Virus record (IMG/VR): IMGVR_UViG_3300045988_015384
Span: 1-5,954 of that record
DNA from: a virus
Length of the DNA: 5,954 nt
Strand: one strand, 5' to 3'
Within the stretch, counting starts at the first letter, position 1, and each line of letters starts with the position of its first letter. The notes under the pieces are model-generated. The model did no database searches and had not been told where the DNA came from. It was given only the letters and a program-made list of their open reading frames with translations. A program made the translations under genes and the position numbers. Positions 1 through 4,164 of the stretch are shown one piece after another.

Positions 1-141
1 AAATTGACTTTGTCTCTGTCCTTCTGCGTTCTGATATTGGTATGCTCCTTTTAGATACTGCATTACCTGTTCGTCATTCGTTCCGGACTTGCTCATGCTT
101 TGGCTTTGTCCACCGCCTTGCTGTGTACTTCCGCCTTGACT
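1..141. repeat. Terminal direct repeat, left copy. Identical to 5814-5954, so this is the overlap from linearising a circular genome of 5,813 nt.
   Basis: I compared 1-141 with 5814-5954 base by base and found an exact match. The reading frame open at 5954 on the minus strand continues without a stop through 142-264. Confidence 0.95.
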
Positions 142-264
142 TTGGCTCTGTCCTACTTGACCCCATGCACCAAAAGCGTTTCCCATTGCGCCTACTGCAT
201 TTGCGACCGTTCCAACCGTTCCGGCTATGTTTCCGATTGTTGCTAATGTTCCTAATAGTGACAT
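1..264 (-). CDS. VP2: 5' portion of the VP2 DNA pilot/minor capsid gene. ATG at 264-262; on the circle, position 1 joins 5813. Full protein is 298 aa.
   Basis: Hand translation from ATG 264-262 gives MSLLGTLATIGNIAGTVGTVANAVGAMGNAFGAWGQVGQSQSQGGSTQQGGGQSQS, then the MSKSGTNDEQ... of the 5181-5909 ORF, in frame with no stop. A Gly/Ala-rich hydrophobic N-terminus is typical of microvirus pilot proteins. An AGGAGG lies at 299-294. Confidence 0.8.
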   Translation of the reverse strand, partial: MSLLGTLATIGNIAGTVGTVANAVGAMGNAFGAWGQVGQSQSQGGSTQQGGGQSQSMSKSGTNDEQVMQYLKGAYQYQNAEGQRQSQF

Positions 265-273
265 TTTAAAATA

Positions 274-291
274 GCCGGGATTTCTCCCGGC
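274..291 (-). terminator. GC-rich hairpin (6-bp stem GCCGGG/CCCGGC, 6-nt loop) followed on the coding strand by TATTTTAAAA. Candidate partial intrinsic terminator or attenuator between VP1 and VP2.
   Basis: Plus-strand gccggg (274-279) and cccggc (286-291) are reverse complements. The T-rich run follows immediately on the minus strand. It sits 12 nt after the VP1 stop codon (305-303). Confidence 0.45.
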
Positions 292-302
292 TTCCTCCTT
301 TC

Positions 303-1988
303 TTACAGCTTGTACAACCCGGGCACGCTGTAAAGCGGCATCCGTCGAGTTGTCTTGTTTGCTACGCGAATTGCTCCAAAGAACTGCGGTTCATTCTGTA
401 CAATCAGCGTTCTTGCAATTTCCGCTTTTCCTTCTGCCATCCACTCTTGCGACAGTGTGGGCACCGTCGAATAGTTGTCTGCATAGTGCCAGAAATCGAG
501 TGTTCCCGTTGCGTTGCTCCGCATAAGGCCGCTTACACGGTTCGGCTTCATCCGGTAGTCTGCCCACGCTTCCTGATAGCCAAATGTTTCTTCATCGGTT
601 GTATCGCCGGTGAGCATGATTTCTTTCTTTTTTACTGGCTGTTCGCCCAGATTTGCGAACTGCGGCACGTAGTAGTCTAACCTGTCCTTTCGGCTCCAAA
701 AACGCTCAAGGCCCTGTTGGTAGCTTCTGTTATGCCTTACGCAGCATACGCCAATTACAAAGCCATGCTCTTCAAAACTCTTTGTGAAGGAACTTTCATT
801 GATAGGTGTTACAGACATTGCACCGGTTTCGCCAATAGGTGTGTCGTTGCTTGTCTGCTGGCCGCTTGTCTGCACAATCTGGTTAATGTTCACGTGATAG
901 CGTCCACCACCCAGATATTCAGGCACCTGTACCGTTTTATCCGAAATGATGACATCCCAGATTGCTTGCACCTGTTCGCGGTATCTTGAGCCGCCCCGTG
1001 CCAGTGCTTCATAGTACTGCTGTACGCTGATGGCTTGTCTCAGCTGGTTGATAGTTGCGCCTGTTACTGTACTGAGATCTGCGCCGATATATGCAATCTG
1101 GTCTGTGTCTGTGTGTCCACTGTATACTCCGTTCCATGACAGATTGTTTTTGTTTTCCGGGTCTGTTGCTGGATCTGTTGCATAGATTTTTGCTCTTGCG
1201 TTGTTACCGCCTGTATAGCTTCTTTCGTCATACAACCAGTTTGGTTCACTTGTCAGTTTTTGATCTCCATAGATTTTTACTGGTGCATTGCCTATCATCG
1301 GGATTGTTACTTCCGGCCCGCGTTGCGGATATGGTAAGCACGATGTGAAATAGTCGTGGAATTTGTTCACCGGTAGCAAATTGCCGCCTGTTACTGCTTC
1401 CTGCAACTCTTTTTCCATGGTGTCCGCATCGCCTGTGCTCATGGTATAGGCTACGTCGGCGTCGTCTGTTTTAAGGACTGCTGCGTTGTCTACGTTTTCG
1501 TCTCTGAAAAACTCGTTCCAGATTTTGACGTATGCCCTGATAGGTAGTGCGTTGACGCTGAAAGGTTTTTTTACTTTTGTTGGCACTCCCATATAGTCCA
1601 GAACGCTTCTTTCGTCTGGCGCTGGCTTTGCGTTTGTGCCGTTGATTTTGATTTGCGGTACAGCATATGTTTTTGTAGGCATCCACGGAGTTTCCTCTAC
1701 TTCGCCCATAAAGTGTTTAAAACTGTCCCATAAAATGCGGTTCGGACAGAAGAAATAGTAAAAGTCGATAAAACTATCGTCCATTACTGGATATTTTGGC
1801 GTTGTCATACGGATGATTGCCGCTGTATCTACACTGAATGTGTCGCCCGGTAGTACTTCGTCCACGTAAAACGGAATGAGTTTGCCCGCGTCGAACGTTG
1901 TCAAAATCGTCTGGTCTCGATTGAATCGCGTTCGACTTGCTTTCATCTGCGGAATCTGGTTGAAATGCCGCTCATTATTCCTGTTCAT
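303..1988 (-). CDS. VP1: Major capsid protein VP1 (Phage_F-type microvirus coat protein), 561 aa.
   Basis: ATG at 1988-1986 with a purine-rich GAAGGAAGGAAAC just upstream. The N-terminal FNRDQTILTTFDAGKLIPFYVDEVLPGDTF block is the characteristic gokushovirus-type VP1 signature. Size is typical at about 560 aa. It overlaps the VP3 stop by 14 nt. Confidence 0.93.
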   Translation of the reverse strand: MNRNNERHFNQIPQMKASRTRFNRDQTILTTFDAGKLIPFYVDEVLPGDTFSVDTAAIIRMTTPKYPVMDDSFIDFYYFFCPNRILWDSFKHFMGEVEETPWMPTKTYAVPQIKINGTNAKPAPDERSVLDYMGVPTKVKKPFSVNALPIRAYVKIWNEFFRDENVDNAAVLKTDDADVAYTMSTGDADTMEKELQEAVTGGNLLPVNKFHDYFTSCLPYPQRGPEVTIPMIGNAPVKIYGDQKLTSEPNWLYDERSYTGGNNARAKIYATDPATDPENKNNLSWNGVYSGHTDTDQIAYIGADLSTVTGATINQLRQAISVQQYYEALARGGSRYREQVQAIWDVIISDKTVQVPEYLGGGRYHVNINQIVQTSGQQTSNDTPIGETGAMSVTPINESSFTKSFEEHGFVIGVCCVRHNRSYQQGLERFWSRKDRLDYYVPQFANLGEQPVKKKEIMLTGDTTDEETFGYQEAWADYRMKPNRVSGLMRSNATGTLDFWHYADNYSTVPTLSQEWMAEGKAEIARTLIVQNEPQFFGAIRVANKTTRRMPLYSVPGLYKL

Positions 1989-2397
1989 TCTTCATGTTTC
2001 CTTCCTTCGGTGTTTCCTTCGGTGTTTCCTTCGGTGTTTCCTTCGGTGTTTCCTTCTGGATTTCTTGCAGTGCCAGCGCGTTTGCCTGTGCTGTTGCGAT
2101 CATGCGGTGGTATTCGTGGATGTTCTGCGGCCATTCCGTAACGTCTACCTCTGTGCCGTCCAACGCTCCCTGTGAAAGGCTCTGCATAAACTGCGGGTCA
2201 AACGACGCTTTGCGGACAATGTTTTTAATATCGCATTCATCCGCATAGCTTTCGATTTCGCCCTGGATGTCGATGCTTTCAGTTTCCTGCAGATACTCTT
2301 TGCCCTCTTTGTCCTTTGCCCAGATATATTGCTTGCGCTGTTTTTCGCCTGATTCAGAAAAGAAGGGCTTTCGCCCTTCTTCATACCTCTTATTCAT
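1975..2397 (-). CDS. VP3: Internal scaffolding protein VP3, 140 aa from ATG 2397, with a C-terminal (KETP)4 repeat.
   Basis: ATG 2397-2395 is preceded by GGGAGGG 8 nt upstream and overlaps the stop of the upstream gene (ATGAATAA). The ADECDIKNIVRKAS and DVTEWPQNIHEY segments resemble the ECDIN.I and D.TE.P motifs I recall for gokushovirus VP3. The longer track ORF (to 2457) starts at TTG with only a weak GGCAGAG upstream. Confidence 0.75.
   Translation of the reverse strand: MNKRYEEGRKPFFSESGEKQRKQYIWAKDKEGKEYLQETESIDIQGEIESYADECDIKNIVRKASFDPQFMQSLSQGALDGTEVDVTEWPQNIHEYHRMIATAQANALALQEIQKETPKETPKETPKETPKEGNMKNEQE
1996..2056. repeat. Tandem repeat: four exact 12-nt units (ccttcggtgttt at 2004-2015, 2016-2027, 2028-2039, 2040-2051) plus partial flanking copies.
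   Basis: Read directly from the sequence. On the coding strand each unit is AAACACCGAAGG, coding KETP in the VP3 frame. Confidence 0.95.
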
Positions 2398-2629
2398 GCG
2401 GCTGGCCCTCCCACGCCTTTTCCTTGTCGTTCTGGAACGCACCGGTTTCGTCCTCAAACTCTGCCAGCTTGTAGCCCACGTAATCGGCCGGGGACTGCCC
2501 GATGAACGTGTTTTTGTCCTTCTGCATTACGTTGCACATTCGTGCAAACGTGTCGTTGTTTTTGCTTTCACCTACCCATGAGTAGCATTTTGCTACGTTG
2601 TCGTAGATACCATAGTAGCTGTGAATCAT
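2390..2629 (-). CDS. Small conserved microvirus non-structural protein (VP5/ORF5-like), 79 aa. Function is uncertain.
   Basis: ATG 2629-2627 with AAAGGAAAG upstream. The pattern Y.IYD..A..(x)ND.FAR...(x)P.DY..YKLAEFEDETG matches a small protein family I recall as common in gokushovirus-like genomes. Its stop overlaps the VP3 ATG. Confidence 0.6.
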   Translation of the reverse strand: MIHSYYGIYDNVAKCYSWVGESKNNDTFARMCNVMQKDKNTFIGQSPADYVGYKLAEFEDETGAFQNDKEKAWEGQPHE

Positions 2630-2645
2630 TGTTCTTTCCTTTCTC

Positions 2646-2768
2646 TTAGAGCCGAATCCCGCCGCGCATTGGCTTCTGGCTCAGGTTGATACTTTTCGTT
2701 TTTCGCGCGGTCACGTTAAACATGCGCTTGTCTTTTGCGCCGCGCATGACTTTACGATGTCGTGCCAT
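2646..2768 (-). CDS. Small basic DNA-binding/packaging protein (phiX174 J-like, gokushovirus ORF8/VP8-like), 40 aa. Absent from the supplied ORF track.
   Basis: Hand translation from ATG 2768-2766 gives MARHRKVMRGAKDKRMFNVTARKTKSINLSQKPMRGGIRL, with stop TAA 2648-2646. 13 of 40 residues are K/R. GGAGAGGA lies 7 nt upstream. The C-terminal P.RGG.R(L/F) ending resembles SpV4 ORF8 as I recall it. Confidence 0.7.
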   Translation of the reverse strand: MARHRKVMRGAKDKRMFNVTARKTKSINLSQKPMRGGIRL

Positions 2769-2979
2769 TGTAGAATCCTCTCCTTATCAGCTCCAACTCG
2801 ATGGCGTTTGCAAAGCTTTTGCATTGCCAGATTTCATCAATCATCTTTTTTGCGGCTTCTATGTCGCTTATTTTTCGTAGCAGCTTGTAATCGCTCTCGA
2901 TCTCTTTGTATTTTTTTTCAAGTAGTTCGGTTAGGTCTTTTTCGGTCTGGTCTCTGACGTTCCATGATTTTGCAATCAT
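2752..2979 (-). CDS. Hypothetical protein, 75 aa, charged and predicted helical/coiled-coil. No recognisable family.
   Basis: ATG 2979-2977 with AAGGAG 9 nt upstream. It is packed 7 nt after the orf38 stop and overlaps the J-like gene start by 17 nt, which fits a translated operon member. Confidence 0.65.
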   Translation of the reverse strand: MIAKSWNVRDQTEKDLTELLEKKYKEIESDYKLLRKISDIEAAKKMIDEIWQCKSFANAIELELIRRGFYNGTTS

Positions 2980-2985
2980 CTTTGT

Positions 2986-3102
2986 TTACTCCTTTTCGTT
3001 CGGCTGGTCGTGTAGGGCGTGATAGATCTCGTCCAACTTTTCCAAAATCTGCATCATAATTTTGATTGCCTGCTTCACGTCCTTAATAGAAATCAGTGCC
3101 AT
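2986..3102 (-). CDS. Hypothetical small protein, 38 aa (MALISIKDVKQAIKIMMQILEKLDEIYHALHDQPNEKE). Absent from the supplied ORF track.
   Basis: ATG 3102-3100 lies 2 nt after the peptidase stop, with AGGGGG 7 nt upstream. Stop is TAA 2988-2986. It exactly fills the gap between two genes. Sequence is an amphipathic helix-like peptide. Confidence 0.5.
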   Translation of the reverse strand: MALISIKDVKQAIKIMMQILEKLDEIYHALHDQPNEKE

Positions 3103-3104
3103 TT

Positions 3105-3497
3105 TTACACCCCCTTTCTGTACTTTCCGTCTCTTGTATCAAAGTGCACCCAGTTGTCGTATACGATGATGCCACAGCTGTTTGGTACGATACTGTTTAG
3201 CACTTTTGCGAGTTCTTTTGGCTTTACGCCGTCTGCTCTGATGTCTGCTGCCATGCCTCTTGTGTGATAACTGTATTTTGCTCCGCCTACTTTTTCATTG
3301 TGACTTATTGTGCGGTATCCGCTTGTAATCGTGATTGGCTTTTTGATTATGTTTCTTGCGATGTTTAGAGTGATTGCTAGATAATCGTCAACGAATACGA
3401 TTGGCGTTCCGTCTTTACATGCAAATTCTTTTACTTTGAAGTGGCTTGTAATGTTTTCATTTCCTTGTGCTTCCATCACATATGCTTTGATTTCCAT
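3105..3497 (-). CDS. Zinc D-Ala-D-Ala carboxypeptidase-fold peptidase (Peptidase_M15_3/M15A-like), candidate endolysin, 130 aa from ATG 3497.
   Basis: The layout FKVKEFACKDG...ITSGYRT...N..VGGA..SYHTRGMAADI...WVHFDTR matches the M15 pattern SGYR, H-x6-D and H.D zinc ligands. ATG 3497-3495 has AAAGGAG 8 nt upstream. The 162-aa track version starts at TTG 3593 inside orf60. Confidence 0.8.
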   Translation of the reverse strand: MEIKAYVMEAQGNENITSHFKVKEFACKDGTPIVFVDDYLAITLNIARNIIKKPITITSGYRTISHNEKVGGAKYSYHTRGMAADIRADGVKPKELAKVLNSIVPNSCGIIVYDNWVHFDTRDGKYRKGV

Positions 3498-3525
3498 GTT
3501 TGCGGCTCCTTTCTTTGCTTTTATT

Positions 3526-3708
3526 TTATGCAAATATTTCTGTTTTGTCAATACGGTAAAGTTCAACAGAATCAATTCCACGTAGTTGTGCAAGTTTGCT
3601 TGCGTAACTTCTTGCCTCTTTTGTCGTCATGCTTTTCAACTCTTTTGTGCTGGTGCAGTCGTCGTGATTTACCACCATGAGAAACTTATAAATTTTCTGT
3701 TCAGCCAT
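3526..3708 (-). CDS. Hypothetical protein, 60 aa, first gene downstream of the promoter. No recognisable family.
   Basis: ATG 3708-3706 with AAGGGGG about 9 nt upstream and the TATAAT box 27 nt upstream. There is no hydrophobic segment. Confidence 0.6.
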   Translation of the reverse strand: MAEQKIYKFLMVVNHDDCTSTKELKSMTTKEARSYASKLAQLRGIDSVELYRIDKTEIFA

Positions 3709-3734
3709 TTTTGTGGCCCCCTTTCTTTGATTAT

Positions 3735-3788
3735 ATTATAGCATTTTTTTGGGCAAAAGTCAATGTTTTTTAGCTTTTTTTAGTTTTT
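3735..3788 (-). promoter_or_regulatory. Near-consensus sigma70/sigmaA-type promoter: -35 TTGACT (3763-3758), 17-nt spacer, extended -10 TGCTATAAT (3743-3735), and phased A-tracts upstream that act as an UP-element-like region (3771-3766, 3781-3775, 3788-3784).
   Basis: The minus strand reads CCAAAAACTAAAAAAAGCTAAAAAACATTGACTTTTGCCCAAAAAAATGCTATAATATAATCAAAGAAAGGGGGCCACAAAAATG. The -35 is 5/6, the -10 is 6/6, the TG is at the extended -10 position, and spacing was counted as 17. Confidence 0.75.
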
Positions 3789-3789
3789 G

Positions 3790-3828
3790 GTCTGCGTCCG
3801 GTCGTGGCGACCGGCGAATAGAGCAGAC
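3790..3828. other. GC-rich nested hairpin: outer stem gtctgc/gcagac (3790-3795 / 3823-3828), inner 7-bp stem ccggtcg/cgaccgg (3798-3804 / 3808-3814) with a 3-nt loop.
   Basis: I checked the reverse complements by eye. An alternative partner ccggacgg at 3848-3855 could pair with gcgtccgg at 3795-3802 (7 of 8). Confidence 0.7.
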
Positions 3829-3867
3829 GTAACTTTTCCGTTTGATTCCGGACGGCCTTTATTTTGC

Positions 3868-4031
3868 TTTTCAACATTTTCCACAGACTTTTCAACATTT
3901 TCACATTGTTAAACTTTAGCACAACAAATTGTTTTAACAATTCAACATTTTTTCAACAAGTCTTTCAACGGTTGTTTTTACTGTTTTCTAACGTTCTTAT
4001 GTTCAAAATTATCTGTTTTCAACATTTCCAC
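3868..4031 (+). repeat. Iteron array: TTCAAC cores at 3870, 3891, 3941, 3952, 3964 and 4018. Three long copies read TTTTCAACATTT(T)(C)CAC(A/G) at 3868-3885, 3889-3905 and 4016-4031.
   Basis: Read directly. There are six copies of one hexamer in about 160 nt, with spacings of 21, 50, 11, 12 and 54 nt. TTTTCCACA at 3877-3885 fits the DnaA-box consensus TTWTNCACA. Confidence 0.8.
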
Positions 4032-4070
4032 GTACTCTACTACTACGGCTACAACAAGTTAATATAATAA

Positions 4071-4116
4071 TACGCGTGCGCGTGTGCGCGCGTCTACGCG
4101 TGCGCGTGTGCGCGCG
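4071..4116. repeat. Two exact direct copies of the 22-nt TACGCGTGCGCGTGTGCGCGCG (4071-4092 and 4095-4116) separated by TC. Each copy is a perfect alternating pyrimidine-purine tract.
   Basis: Read directly and checked position by position for Y-R alternation. The region is dense in CpG inside an AT-rich intergenic region and contains ACGCGT and GCGCGC palindromes. Confidence 0.95.
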
Positions 4117-4120
4117 AATA

Positions 4121-4152
4121 AGGCCAGTACCTTACTTGATAGGTACTGGCCT
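4121..4152 (-). other. Perfect 12-bp inverted repeat hairpin (AGGCCAGTACCT / AGGTACTGGCCT) with an 8-nt loop (plus-strand TACTTGAT), 12 nt downstream of the VP4 stop. Candidate terminator and/or replication-origin structure.
   Basis: The reverse complement was checked and is perfect. On the coding strand the stem is followed only by TATT and then a CG tract, so the U-tract is poor for a classical intrinsic terminator. Confidence 0.6.
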
Positions 4153-4164
4153 AGGTGACACTAA

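Noticed and set aside
1064-1686. Minus-strand overlapping ORFs inside VP1 (1064-1249, 61 aa; 1471-1686, 71 aa, very basic).
   Set aside because: Both begin at GTG codons with no SD, and their composition is low-complexity off-frame. No independent support.
2145-2384. 79-aa basic ORF embedded in VP3 in another frame, by analogy with phiX174 overlapping genes such as E or K.
   Set aside because: The only SD-like motif (AAGAGG) ends 1 nt from the ATG, which is too close. There is no hydrophobic segment as expected for an E-like lysis protein. The composition looks like an off-frame reading of a Lys/Glu-rich gene.
1975-2457. 160-aa version of VP3 with an Arg-rich N-terminal extension (RTKPVRSRTTRKRRGRASR) that resembles a J-like DNA-binding tail.
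   Set aside because: It begins at TTG with only a weak purine stretch upstream and overlaps the VP5-like gene by 68 nt. ATG 2397 has GGGAGGG and a coupled stop/start overlap. A dedicated J-like gene exists at 2646-2768. The longer form cannot be fully excluded without proteomics.
3105-3593. 162-aa version of the peptidase, with a hydrophobic-looking N-terminal extension (VELILLNFTVL) that could have been a signal or SAR anchor.
   Set aside because: Codon 3593-3591 is TTG, has no SD, and lies inside orf60. The hydrophobic stretch is only about 11 residues. ATG 3497 has a strong AAAGGAG at correct spacing.
3770-3898. 42-aa minus-strand ORF in the intergenic region (MLKSLWKMLKSKIKAVRNQTEKLRLLYSPVATTGRRPKTKKS).
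   Set aside because: It has no SD. It lies upstream of the only good promoter and downstream of the putative terminator, and it runs through the hairpin and the promoter's A-tract region. The ATG is simply part of the iteron (AAATGTTGAA).
4071-4116. Possible CRISPR-like or mini-array repeat.
   Set aside because: There are only two copies separated by 2 nt, with no spacers and no cas context. It is better described as a tandem duplication of an alternating Y-R tract.
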